Assembly: GCA_030141605.1 (NCBI GenBank)
Contig: JAQGDQ010000005.1
Location: 62,001 to 126,000 of the forward strand
Direction: 5' to 3'
DNA length: 64,000 nt
From: Tubiluchus corallicola
Taxonomy: Eukaryota; Animalia; Priapulida
The number at the start of each line of letters is the position of its first letter. The stretch's first letter is position 1. Below are positions 13,031 to 25,373 of this stretch, piece by piece. The notes beneath the pieces are model-generated. The model searched no databases. It was not told the origin of the DNA and saw nothing but the letters and a program-made list of their open reading frames with translations. Both the position numbers and the translations under genes were made by a program.

Positions 13031-13125
13031 TTTCCCGCCATGATTACTGACCAAAACTTCGTTTTGATTGCATGTGCCTGGAGCACTTTATTACGTCGTC
13101 AACCGCTTGCACTTTTAATGGCGAA
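13031..13125 (+). promoter_or_regulatory. putative MSL1 core promoter motifs (E2F-like TTTCCCGC; YY1-like CGCCAT and ATGGCG)
   Basis: TTTCCCGCCAT at 13031 and AATGGCG at 13117 in a locally CpG-richer patch just upstream of the CDS. Confidence 0.35.
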
Positions 13126-13214
13126 TGTGGGTTTTGGCACTGAAAATTGTTGTTTGAAAGTGACATATTTGAGCCGTTTGCTAGCGAGCTAATGGATATC
13201 AAATACTCCGTAAC

Positions 13215-13637
13215 ATGAAATCAGACTATTTCGCAGCATATGGGCTAAAATTTTGCGAGAAGAGCATTCTGTATCTCTACAAAATGGCCAAGAATTTACG
13301 ACTGTTGAATGGACGGTGTCATGATAGCGACCGAAGCGATCATGATTTTGGGAATCATGTTGACTACTGTTTAAGTTCGCCGACGTCCAAAGACGCAGAC
13401 GTCAAGCCGTTTGGTAGCAATATGAGTTTGTCTAGTAGTCCCGCTGCTAATGAGCAACTAGATTTTAGTGACAAATTTGCTGGTGGTGATAATAAATTTG
13501 TTATGGTGAAAGGCAAAACAGAATTGCAGCATCTAAAGGAACTGTTACTTCTAAATTTGGACGTTATTCAGCAGCAGCAAGAAGAACTACGAACAAAGGA
13601 TCGTCGGATAAAAACTGTCTTGCAAGAGAAGGAAACG
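13215..13637 (+). CDS. MSL1: MSL1 exon 1 (N-terminus, MSL2-binding coiled coil)
   Basis: LQHLKELLLLNLDVIQQQQEELRTKDRRI...EKET|gtatga matches the MSL1 coiled coil; the start could instead be the ATG at 13284 (aaaATGG). Confidence 0.88.
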
Positions 13638-14026
13638 GTATGAGTTTCAAATGATTTCTGCAAATTGTACAGTAGCTGTTACACAAAATATCTCCAGGCA
13701 CATATAACCGATAAAAACGATATGCGTGGCTATTCGCTAAGGCTACATATGTATTCTGTTCTTAAATAGTTGTGAGGGTGAAGAACTATATTTTATTACG
13801 TTAGAAATTTTGCCAGAGCAAAAGTCAATAAATTGGAGAATACATATAGAAACAATAACAGGCTTAACTTATACAGTTATTATAAAATTTAGACATAAAA
13901 TGTTCCAACACAAAAATTTTCTAGTGTCTCTTCATGTTTTGTGTTAAAAATCTGCACAAAAGCCTTCATATTACTTATTCTGAGCTTTGCTTACTTTTTA
14001 TGGTCTTCTAATATTATGCTTTTCAG

Positions 14027-14433
14027 CTAAAATGCCGGATAAATCGCATGGAACGCAGATTGTCTCTGTTAAAACAAAAGGAAGTAAAACAAGTTGACAA
14101 CGAAGGCAGTTCAAGCCATCATTTGACAATCAGACAAGAACCTGGAGTTGAGCCTGAGGTAAAGGATCAGGCTACGGCAACTGTTCAAGTGAAACAAGAA
14201 TCGGTTACAGAACCTACTCAGCCACCTGTATCTCAGCCTCTTACATCAGAAAGGACTGCTTTGCCTGTTAGTAAAGAAAAACTGGCTACACTTGTTCAGA
14301 CATTAGAAAGTGAGGTAAAAGATCAGGCTACAGCAACTGTGCACATGAATTTTGAAACTGTTGAGACTGGAACACAAACTGATAGTTGGAGAGCACGCAC
14401 ACCTTTACCTAAGGGACGTCGTGGACGCAAAAG
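14027..14433 (+). CDS. MSL1: MSL1 exon 2
   Basis: tttcag|CTA AAA TGC CGG ATA AAT CGC ATG GAA CGC AGA (LKCRINRMERRL); donor AG|gttgaa is weak but phase-2 consistent with exon 3. Confidence 0.85.
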
Positions 14434-14592
14434 GTTGAAATATGTTTATAGGCCTATTAACTAAATAGTTGGTAATGTTTTCGAAATTTTACTTAATATT
14501 GGCATTTGTCAAATCTTGTCTAGGTGTGTTTTCATACTATGTATGTGAAATTAGATTTTGAACTGTAGGCGAGTAAACATAGACATTAGGCC

Positions 14593-15292
14593 CAGGGATG
14601 GCCGATCCTGATCATACAATTGGCGATAGGGCCTCGATCATATGTACTTCCCGATTGTCTGAAATCGGGATCGGGAAATGTAAAAAAAAATTGGGACATA
14701 CTTAACTGACCAACTTTATTTAAAAACTAGATTCAGCATACCTAATGCTAAATTTCGCTTTTAGTTATATTCTTGAATTACCTTCAAGTGTGTTGAAAGT
14801 CAAACTGTCTATTGCAATAGCAAAACAAATTTCTTATTCGTAAAACATGAAAGACGCCATGTTTAATGTTCACATCAGAGCAATCCCACAGGCCTTAGCA
14901 ACTGGTTGTGTCGTAAAAATTAGCTACGGTGTACATTTTGATCACCATCACCGTGCCTATAATAACGTTTGCAGACCATATTTACTTAAGTCAGTCAAAC
15001 GAACTACTTAAAAATGAACTACAATAACTGATCTTTTTGTGATTCTTTTAATTTAGTTAACAGAAAACGTAAAAAAAGCTAGTAATTTTTAGCTTTTTCC
15101 TGCCGTTCGTTTTGTTTTGGACACAGTAAAGCATCTTCTTGTAACTAAGTAATTAGACATACATGTAGTATCCTCATACTATGGTAACTTACAAAAGGAT
15201 TGGGAATAGTCGGTAATCGGGCATGATTGGACATCAGGATCGGGTAGACAGCAACAATCGGGATCGGGATTTTCTGTGATCGGCCATCCCCG
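14593..15292. mobile_element. hAT-type MITE in MSL1 intron 2
   Basis: TIR CAGGGATGGCCGATC...GATCGGCCATCCCCG; TSD ATTAGGCC/ATTAGGCT; subterminal ATCGG repeats. Confidence 0.88.
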
Positions 15293-16141
15293 ATTAGGCT
15301 GGTCTTTTCATTTTTGCGACAGTGATAAAGTCCACTGTTGTTTTAAAGGAAAGAACATGTCACTTAGCATGTGGGTTTATTTTGCTATTATCACCTTAAA
15401 TTAGAAAATTTTAACCAAGAAATTTGCCAGCAAAACTGTTTTTAAAGCTTAAAGTTAATTTATACTGTCATTGTATAGAAATCTTAAAGCGCAGTGGTAG
15501 CCGCCATTTACTTGAACATTATGACTTAAATGTTGGCCGTTGTGAGTTTTCGTAAGTGTATTGTAGCTTTCTGTAAGTTGGCGCTGCTTAAACTAATTGA
15601 ACCTTCTGCAGCTGCTTTAATGTTCATGCAAAAATATCACAAAATCAGCAACCTAATTTTTTATAAAAAACTTACTATACTTTTGACAGAAATTGGCAGT
15701 GCGCTGTTTATTGGTGGAAGAATGGGCATTCAAAATGGGAACGTCCATGCGTGAAATGATCACGATTTTAGAGCGATTTTATTAATTATGCAAGGCATTT
15801 TAATATCACACTTTTATTATTAAATCCTTCTAACATTTTTTGTGAACAGTGATCAGTATTAGCCTAATTTCTCAGAAGGCTTGGTCTTTCTTTTGAGCAA
15901 TAATTATAAGCTATTATGTCACTAATGATTATTTCAAATTTGTTTGTGTGATGGCATTTTAGCAATACCTATTATCTTATTTTAAAAATCTCAATATTTG
16001 GTTGATACGTATTTAACCAAAAGGAAATGATTAAGGTGTTTTTATTGGGATTGACAAAGTTAACAGATGTCTCAAGGACATTGTTTTTAAAAAAATTATG
16101 CCAAGATAGTGCTTAGAAATGATGACGATGTTTTATTATAG

Positions 16142-16398
16142 AAAACAGCAGGGAGTAGTGTCACGTGCAGCTAAACGACTTGCTTTCTCAGAGCCTACAA
16201 CTAGCAAAAAAATTACTGTACCTAGCCAAAGTAATCTTGAAGAGAAGAGTGCTGTGTCTGGAACTTATTTACAAACAGAGCCTTGTCTTCAGTTAAATGA
16301 TGAAAGGTTTTTCAAATGCAGTCGCTACTATTCATTCAGCGTTGATGCATTGTTTGCAACGCGTGATGAATGCAAAGTTTCACACCAAAAATTTGTTG
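16142..16398 (+). CDS. MSL1: MSL1 exon 3
   Basis: ttatag|A AAA CAG...GTT G|gtatgt; open frame, phases fit both neighbours. Confidence 0.82.
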
Positions 16399-16930
16399 GT
16401 ATGTATTGTCTGAAATGAAGATATTGCCTCTTGCTTATTTAATTTAAGCTAGTTTTATTTGCAGTGTTAAAGTAAAAGTTCTTTTATTTGAATGTTAAAA
16501 CAAGTGCACAACCTGAAAACTTGTGTTTTCCTTTAGTGATTAGTTATGACTACAAACATTAGCCCAGATCACTATACTTGAATATACGAAAGTGTTTTAG
16601 TTGCTTGGTTGGGTAACTGGGTTATTGTACTTGTTTTTGTTCTGCATATATTATAAGAAAATATATTTTAAGTAATTGCCTTTTACTTGTCTGTCCAGTA
16701 ATTGATGTCAATGAGTATAAAAATAGTGAAAATTTCAAGCTGTGTTATGCAACTTGTATCAGGTAATGTAAGGCATTACAGAAAGTTTTGAAACTTTCAG
16801 AAAAGCATTGTAAAAATTTAGTGTTGGCTTTAAAACAGTTTAACCTTAGTTTTTATAAGTTTTGTATTTAGATGTGTTCCCAGTTGCCAGTACAGCAGGC
16901 TTGTTCTCATTTGTTGATATTCTATTTCAG

Positions 16931-16989
16931 AAGTACCTACTTGGCGTTTTCATGCACTTACTAGTTGTTACAGTCTAGAAGGCACTGAA
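16931..16989 (+). CDS. MSL1: MSL1 exon 4 (PEHE domain start)
   Basis: tttcag|AA GTA CCT ACT TGG CGT...GAA|gtaagt; EVPTWR...SCYSLEGTE. Confidence 0.93.
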
Positions 16990-17976
16990 GTAAGTTAAAT
17001 AATAATTTCAAGTAATTTTCGTGGTTCTTGCGCTAGTCAGTGCTCTGTGAAAATTTTAGTTCTGCTTCAATTATTTAAAACTTAAATGTGTATATCATTT
17101 TTAAATTAAGTTTAGATATCAGTCAAAGTTACTGTCAGATTTCTTCATAGTCATTTAAATGCCTAAATGGTTTGCATAGTTGTGTGGTGCTTAGAAAAAT
17201 AACGTGATTTGTTCATTTGTAAATATTTAACACTTGTAAACTACGCATTAAAAAACTTGGACTTCTTTAACCTAGCAACTAAGCAAAGGTGCCCACTTTA
17301 TACATTTTTTTGGAATCTCCCTAAAGTTTAGTAATCAATGGTAATTGCCAGCTGTGTAAGGTGGTCTGAATTATAGGCATAAATTCAAATTTGCGAAAAC
17401 CGGTCCGTACTAAGGAAAAAACACAGTACACCTAGCTTTGGAGTTTCGGCTAATATCTCTGCTGCATTGAAATGACTAAATTAGTAACTATTTGCAAAAA
17501 ATAAAAAAGCGTATGCATTGTGCAAACTTTGGCTGCCAGCTATATTTCCCTAGAATAAACGACAAATGACTGTTTTGGGCACATTACAAAAAAATTACGC
17601 TCTGTATTGGTAATCTTTTAATCATGGGAAATCCTTTGGCCTTACTTGTTTGTTCGGCCTACAATCTTACCTATCTTGATATATGGAGTCTACAGGCTTT
17701 TTACGTGTCATCCTTACTTAGGATGACACGTGCAGCCTCATAGTTTCTGAAACTAAACAATAAGGCGGCATATTCCGTCATATAGGTGTTAAGTGCTAAT
17801 TCACTGTCTGTTCATATGTAAATCTTTCTTGCCTTTTTTATTCTCAATAATAATATTCATATATTATTGTTTGAAGTCAGGATGTGCCGCATACTTGTGA
17901 TCTGTGCATTGTAGCAGCTAAGCTATGTGGTTTCACTTTACAAAATGTTAGAAATTTACTATTGTTGATTTTCTAG

Positions 17977-18044
17977 GATTTAGATGATGAAGTGTTTTTG
18001 AAAAGGCACCAGAAACTGGAAACCGATGAAAAACGACGAAAGCG
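17977..18044 (+). CDS. MSL1: MSL1 exon 5 (PEHE domain)
   Basis: ttctag|GAT...CG|gtaaag; DLDDEVFLKRHQKLETDEKRRKR. Confidence 0.95.
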
Positions 18045-18142
18045 GTAAAGAATTAACTAACACACAATTTTTTAAAGTATTACATGCAAAAAAATCCATT
18101 CAATATGACACTTGAGAATTTAAATTTTAACTAGAACAAAAG

Positions 18143-18983
18143 CAGGAATGTGCCGATATGGGAACTTGTTCCGATCCTATACCAATTATTTTTACCTATT
18201 GCTGTTGGCTGAGCCGATACAATCTGATATCGCACCCAAGCTGAAATGATGGTATTATAACTTCTGCAAAGTTTATGTTGTGATTTTGGATTCTGACATT
18301 AGCTTGAAAATAAGATGACTTTTTGACTTCTTTTACTGTTATAATTATGGCATTTTTATCCTGTAAACTACTAATTGTGTACTAGTTTTGTGTTTAGAAC
18401 TACTGTTTTATTGTTAATACCTTTAATTTAGCTTTGCTGGATCAGCTTCGTATAATTTATTCACGGCATATTTGACGCCTGATAGCAATTGGGTTTTTAA
18501 TTTTTTAATTGCACATAAGTCAACTCGCAGTGATGTTTCATGTAAAATTGCAGATGTGATAAGAAATACGTGATAGCAAGCTCAGAGGCACAGATTTTAA
18601 AGTTTACAAAATATTTGCGCCTTCCGCGTGTGAAACATCTGCTTTAGTCAGACTCGTACATTTTGTGGCTCAGTTAACACTTAAAAATGACTGCACTTGT
18701 ATTTAAACAGCATGGTGAAAGCAAAATAGAATTTTTGAAGAAATTATTTAGATTAATGACTGTAAGTCTTTATTATGATCGCATTCATTAGGCCTTAATA
18801 ACAAAGAGCTCAATCTAATTTTATCAGGTGTATTCAAAGTGAAAATTTATTTTTGGAGAACCTTTTTTAACATCCGTGTTCCTATTGCTATTCTTATAGC
18901 ATTATTGGCCCAATCTCCGATCTGTTAAAATAGAGTTGTTTGCTTGCCTATCTCTGATTGTATATCGGATTGGCACATCCCTG
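18143..18983. mobile_element. hAT-type MITE in MSL1 intron 5
   Basis: TIR CAGGAATGTGCCGAT...ATTGGCACATCCCTG; perfect 8-bp TSD AACAAAAG; subterminal CCGAT repeats. Confidence 0.9.
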
Positions 18984-20148
18984 AACAAAAGTTGTTGTCT
19001 AAAATGAATTTAATTTTGTCCTACACAAGTCATACCTCAGTTTTTCTGTGAAGAAAAACACTTTGTTGCCTTCTATTTTGATGCAAGACTTGAATAGAGC
19101 AAAACTAGAATAAAACTTTTCTGTCTTGGTTAACTATAGAAATTGAAATTGTTCTAATTAAAAAAAGGCTTATAAAACAATTAAAACTAAGGCAAAAACT
19201 GAAAAGTGTAACTAAAAAGTCACTAGCCCTAGTGCTGGTTCCAAAAATTTGAGAGTTCCAAAAATAGGGCTCCTAAAAAGGTGGTTACCTGTGGGAGTGC
19301 TGCAAGGTCCCAGTGGAAATGCATTTTTCCATATTTTAGTGCATTTTTGAAACTTCTGAAGCACACTTCCAGATTAAATTTTGTATTATAGTAAACTAAT
19401 TTTTTGAACATTAAAGCTGAGTTTGTGATTATTGTGAGTCTAACTAATGTAACGAGTAACAAGCAAATGGCTTTGACTTAAAAGCAAACGATTTTTAGAT
19501 GTTAGCAAGTGACTATCATTTTCCTGCAGCACTAAGTGATTTTACAAAATACATCATAAGATATTTATGTATTTGTGAGGTTAGTATGATGTTGGGTGGA
19601 GCTCTTGGATGAAATTCATTACCAATACCTAACTTTATTTTGCCATCTACACACATTAACTATGTGCTTTAGGACTTCTAACCTTCTAAAACGTCTATAT
19701 ATACATGTATATGTAACCTTAAGTTAAGTAATACCTATGTAAAATTTGCGGCGAGCCTTGGCTTTTGCAAACGTACTGCTAGCAAAAGGCAGTTTGTATG
19801 CTTGAGTCTGTGCAGGCCGCCTGTCAACTAAACATACTGAACATACCCGAATCCCACTGTAATCACCTGATATGTTTATACTTTGTTCAGGTGAATTGAT
19901 CAACAAATGGGCAAATTCCATTCCTAAATTCTGCATAACAACAGAAATGTAATATCTCCCATATTATTCACTTATTTTTCAATATTTTCCTATATACAGT
20001 TTTCACCAAGACAAACTGTTATTATTCATTGATCTTAATTAATTTATAGTGTGCTGCACTTTGGACAAACACCAACTCACCACCTCACTTAAGAGTGGTA
20101 TGTTAATAAGCCTACTTTGATATCTGTTTTACTTATTTATTTATTTAG

Positions 20149-20267
20149 GTGGGATATTCAGAGATTACGTGAGCAGAAATTATTAGAAAAACTGGACAAA
20201 AAATCCAAAGAAAAAGAGAAAGAGAAGGAAACTGAAATCTCAACTTTTTATCCACCAGTAGATGGCA
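20149..20267 (+). CDS. MSL1: MSL1 exon 6 (PEHE domain)
   Basis: tttag|G TGG GAT...GGC A|gtaagt; WDIQRLREQKLLEKL...STFYP. Confidence 0.94.
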
Positions 20268-20421
20268 GTAAGTTCCTGTATTATTTAATTTTGTTGCATT
20301 TTTGTGTGGTTGTATTGATAGCTGGTGTGTTGCTGTTAGTTAGTTTGGTATTTACAATAAACAATGACTATTGTTTTGCTCATGAGTGATTGAATGTAAT
20401 TTTATTTTTTTATCTTTGTAG

Positions 20422-20494
20422 CTCAGGTTATAGAAGTCAGTGATACGGTTCCTGTGGTGGCATTTGGTAGTCTTATTCCAAACTTTCAACCCAG
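20422..20494 (+). CDS. MSL1: MSL1 exon 7 (MSL3-binding region)
   Basis: ttgtag|CT CAG...CCC AG|gtattc; VIEVSDTVPVVAFGSLIP, compare vertebrate LPVVAFGRPLP. Confidence 0.93.
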
Positions 20495-21078
20495 GTATTC
20501 TTTTAAATTACTCATTTCTACAGTACATGTTTAGTTTCAAACTATGATTCTTGGTTTGCAGGCCAGCTACAAGTGAAGTTCTAAGTTATTGCTTGTTTGA
20601 ATAATATTTTATTAAAGTATTCACAATTTGCAAGTTTACTTTCCACATGGTGCTCTTCCGTGCCGTCTTGTAAATTTTCATTCAGCTCGTTGTGCTTGCT
20701 CTGGACTATTGATATCAAAATTAGAGACTTGAGATTTGACTTAAACCCATGGTGTATAATTTTAATCCATGTAATTTATAAGCTAGCAGTAATATAAAAT
20801 TTATTTTTTCTGGTGTTGCTATAACAGATTTTCTATTCAAATGAACACTGCAGTTTGCAGTGTGAACTCGAGCACTTAGTTTGTCTAATTTTGATTATGC
20901 AAAGCCATATTTCCATATTTGAGGCTTTACCTGCACTTTTCTGAAATCAGTAGTGTAAAAGAGCCAGCACCCTTTAATGATTGTTTTGCATTTATTACGT
21001 GTGATTAGAAATTCTATGCCCAGCAGAGATATTAGCGTCAAAAAACTGAAACTGTTGAAATTATTTTGAAAACAAATG

Positions 21079-21540
21079 CAGTCAAGACCTCGGTTTGCGA
21101 ACAACATCCCTTCATGAGCATGTTGTCTGGCAAAAAGATTCTCGATTAACGAACCTATCTAGACAACAAACAGTAGACACAATGTGTGTTTAGAAGTGGA
21201 TGATGATGATGATGTGGAGGAGTTGGTGATAGACTACAACACTGAATTCACCACAGAGGAACTGCAAGACCTTCAAAAAGACCAGTAACAGACGGCAGCT
21301 AAGGAAACATTTCCAGAGGAGCAGGATATTCCTACTTCACTAATAAAAAAATGGCTGGGAAGTAGGGGAGAGTTGCAAAATTCTGTTGAAGAAATAGTAA
21401 ACTGGGTCAAAAATTTTCAATGACAATGCTCTGTCTCATTACAGGCAAGTGTTTTAAAACACAGGCAAAAATAAATCTCATTGGTAGGATTTTTAGTGAG
21501 ACAGAGGCCCAGCGAGTCTGAAAGCAGCTGTGTCAGACTA
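21079..21540 (+). mobile_element. Tigger/pogo-like DNA transposon relic in MSL1 intron 7
   Basis: TIR-like CAGTCAAGACCTCGGTTTGCGAAC followed by a decayed frame LEVDDDDDVEELVIDYNTEFTTEELQDLQ* and NDNALSHYRQV, typical of the Tigger transposase C-terminus. Confidence 0.75.
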
Positions 21541-22217
21541 CAGCACCATGTATGATTGCAGGCCATTCATCAGACTTTATAGTCATCAAAGAACATAGAT
21601 CATCTACTCATTGGTACACCAATTCACTAATGTTGGAAGATGTTGTCATCACTGATGCATAATAATGAGTGTGTGTGTGTGTGTGTGGGTGGATGGGTGG
21701 GTGCGTGCGTGTGTGTGAGGGAGAGAATGAAGAAGGTCCTAGTGCAGCAAAAATACAAAGAGAAAAATCTTTAGAAGGACAGTTAACTAACATTTATATG
21801 TTAGGTGACTCCCTTCAGCTATAACTAAAATTCACTTTATTGGAGTCTAACAAACAGTGCAAATGTGAAATGTTTTACAGTCCACTATTAGGTAACATTA
21901 CGGCATTTCTCTCTCCTCTCTTTCTGGCTTATCAGGTAAAAATTGTCGCAGAGATTTTAGTTTCCACAACATTTAATTACAGTATAATTACAGTAGTTTC
22001 GTTAACAGTATAATAAATAATAAAGTGCTTGTTTTAAAGTTTTCATTAATGGCTTTCATTGGGTATGTATAAAAGACCATCACATTCAATTCGTTAAATT
22101 TTTAGCTGCTGTTTTGTAATTCACAGTTGTTTTCTTTATGTTTAATCGATTTCGAGAGCTAGTACGCACTACACATTGGCTAGTAACATATTTTTAAGCA
22201 GCATTTTCTGTTTCCAG

Positions 22218-22302
22218 TGATTTCACTTTGCCATGGTTTCATGCTTTGGAAAAGGGAAAGAAGTCTACACAGAAAAGAAAGCTAGGCTTAAAATCAGGCT
22301 AA
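22218..22302 (+). CDS. MSL1: MSL1 last coding exon
   Basis: ttccag|T GAT TTC ACT TTG CCA TGG...GGC TAA; DFTLPW matches the F-x-LPW MSL1 motif; total CDS 1491 nt (496 aa). Confidence 0.92.
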
Positions 22303-23584
22303 CAAGTGGAGAGGTTCATTATGATACGTCTACAGTTATGGTAGTTTAACTTAGGAATGTTAGCAGATTTATTGACATCCGTAATGTTTAGGCTTTCTGT
22401 TTTTTTTTAATACGAGAGTCATTGGCTACCTATTTTTACAATTGTATCACTTGTGAAAAAAATTGTTATATTTGGTCTGAATTTTGTCTTCCAAAAAATT
22501 AAAAACGTGATCATGGTAAACACCTGCAACTAAAAATTTGTTATGATAGTATAAATTCTTTTCTTTCTATCTGTCTATATTTGTTCTAAGTATGTTTGTT
22601 GTGCCCGCTGCACCTGTATTATGTTTTTAGATGGCATGAATCTTACCCAGCAACTTGTGAATGTGCAGCTGCAGCATTTAAAGTTTTTAAAGTTAAGTTT
22701 AGTAGCCAGGTAGCTAAATTATATGCATTAGTCAGTGGATATAATATTTTTTATGCACTTCTTAAATTCTCTGTTTCACACTTGTTACAAGAAAGGGTGA
22801 ATAACAATACAAAGTAATACTGTGTACACTATTGAGATACTATTTCTTATAATTCAAAGGTTTTCTGTTTACTTCTTGTATTGGCTAAAGTAACATGGAA
22901 TTTTTGCCAATTGGGGAATTATAATAGGCCATACATCTAGTAGCAAGTAGTTTTACAGCAGTATTTGTGGCATTGAATTTAGGGTAATTATAAGGGCATA
23001 ATCAGCTGTACACATTTCTAGTTCATTGTATCAGCATTTGAACTTGAGTCAAGTTGTGAAGGTTCTGTCATTTCAGTGATTTGGTTCTTGTACTTTTACG
23101 GTTTATTATTCGAATTATGTTTTAATTTTAACATACTCAATCTTACCGGAATATATAGTTACCAAGTTGTTGATATATTTCAGGTTAGTACTTGTGAAGA
23201 CTGATATGTAATTATTTTTTATAGATTTCATTTTAGTTGAATATTTGAAGGTTTTCCTAAAATTGTCACTATAAAGATAAAATTTCCATAAAGTTCACTC
23301 TACCAGCAATGCAAAGTCAGGGCATGGCACCTTTTTTAACATAAATCTGCCAATGAGCTGTCATGCTAAAACTCAGTTTAAGAACACAGAGCACGGTGAT
23401 CAAGGCGCAGCAAATTAAACTTAATGCCGAAAGCATGTTGCATATTTTGTTCTACTGTATATATAATTTGGGTTGTGCTACTGTATTTCAAAAGTTGAAA
23501 GAATGATAAAATGTAGCAAATTATGTAATCATTGTATTAGTTGTTATTTTAGGTTTATGTTCCTGTAAATATGTTGGCACATGT

Positions 23585-23590
23585 AATAAA
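23585..23590 (+). terminator. candidate MSL1 polyadenylation signal AATAAA
   Basis: AATAAA about 1.3 kb after the stop, followed by T/GT-rich sequence; not verifiable without transcripts. Confidence 0.4.
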
Positions 23591-24079
23591 ATTACATTTT
23601 CTAATTTTTTAGTAGCATGTTTGTGTCGCATTCAGTGAATGCGCTTAGTTATAGGCCTGTAAAGATACATCAATGCATCATGATACCTTTTGAGAAAGTA
23701 CATGCATCGTCAAAGTGCACCAGTATCGCAATCTCAATCATTGATATTTAGCACATGCTTGACTGCCACTGATAAAAACAGTGTGAAATAATTCAAGCTA
23801 TAGTTGTATATGCTTAACAATCAGTGTACTGAGTGCAGCATTAACAGACTTGACACAGGCAAACCTACTTTGTTTATAAGTTTCTAAATGGCTTGATGCA
23901 AATGTGGAATACATTTGCACCAGCATATTTTAAATCAAAAGTATTGTATTTCTGGTGGCTTATAATGCAAACAATACAAGAGTATAAACAGAAATCAAAC
24001 AGTTTGCCAAATTATTTTACCACTTAGCAGTCTTAAAATTGTTTGATAAGTCTAATATATATATAGACATATATAATAT

Positions 24080-24113
<34 letters not shown>

Positions 24114-25373
24114 ATATATATAATAATAGATATATATAATATATATAATATCAACAGCTTAATCTAGTTTTTTCTTTATTAAAGCCTACAAACCTTAACT
24201 CAATGTGTGACTTGGGTGTATCGTTACAGCCGTAATGAGTCGTACATGAAAGTCAGTCTGTCATAAATGAGGACTGACATGCAAAAACGTACTCTGTAAA
24301 CAGTTTCGTTTTATCAATCCAGAAGAAAGAAATGACTTACATTTGGCAAGTAAATTTATTATTATTCCAGGGCAAATTATTATCTTTACCACTAAGCACG
24401 TTTTTAAGCTAAAAACATTTTAGTACAAAAATCCCACAGCACCTACACAATAGGCATTTGTCAATACATCGCCCGCCACAATTTTTTTTACAGCACACTG
24501 CTTCAAAATTTCAAACAAAAAACTGCCCTGCATCTCGATTAATGTAAGACTTGCATGTCACTTGTAAAATGGTTAGACCACTGTCAGCCTTCTTTGATAC
24601 GGCCAATCTTTAAGCTAATGCTCAATAACTTAAGTAAACCATGCATATGGTTTAGTGGGCAGGTGCTGACTTAGTTGATGATCAATCACCTAAGCCACAT
24701 AAATACAAGAGGAATTATTTTGAAGCTGGTTTGTCACATGATACACATTTGCTACAAAGAGTTTTACTTATTTGCAGGGGTATATTACCATATGTATTCA
24801 AAGGGCAAGGATGCATCGACAGCATCATCATTAAACCTACACCAATTCTAAAACAAACGTAGTTTGAGTCAGTTAACATCACATGGCTGTAGTTTCCTAG
24901 ACCTTTCTACGGAAACACAATCGTTTGTTCTGAATAATTTGAACATTAGTTATTGCTCGCATATAAGACCACATGCGATATTACAAACTCAGCTACATAG
25001 TGCCTAAGATGATAATATATACACAAGACACACATAGAATGTGATGTCACAAATGAATACTGTAAACAAATACAGAATTAATGTCATTCATTCCTATTTT
25101 GTCACTCCTATAGTAAATTAAAGGATTTGTTTACCACCACAAAAATAATTAAAGTTGAATCAGTTTTTGTTTTTAGCTTTAAAGACTCATAAATAAGTAG
25201 CATAATCTCATTAAAATCTGTTTGCCATAGTAACCAGTCAGCATACATAAAAGTGAATAAGTGCACAACAAGATAGCTTTATATCTCAGCCAAACTAGAA
25301 ACTAGACACTCAGTGATTGAACACAATATGTGTACATTACAGAAATTGCAGTTAGTAGTTAGTAACAATTTAG

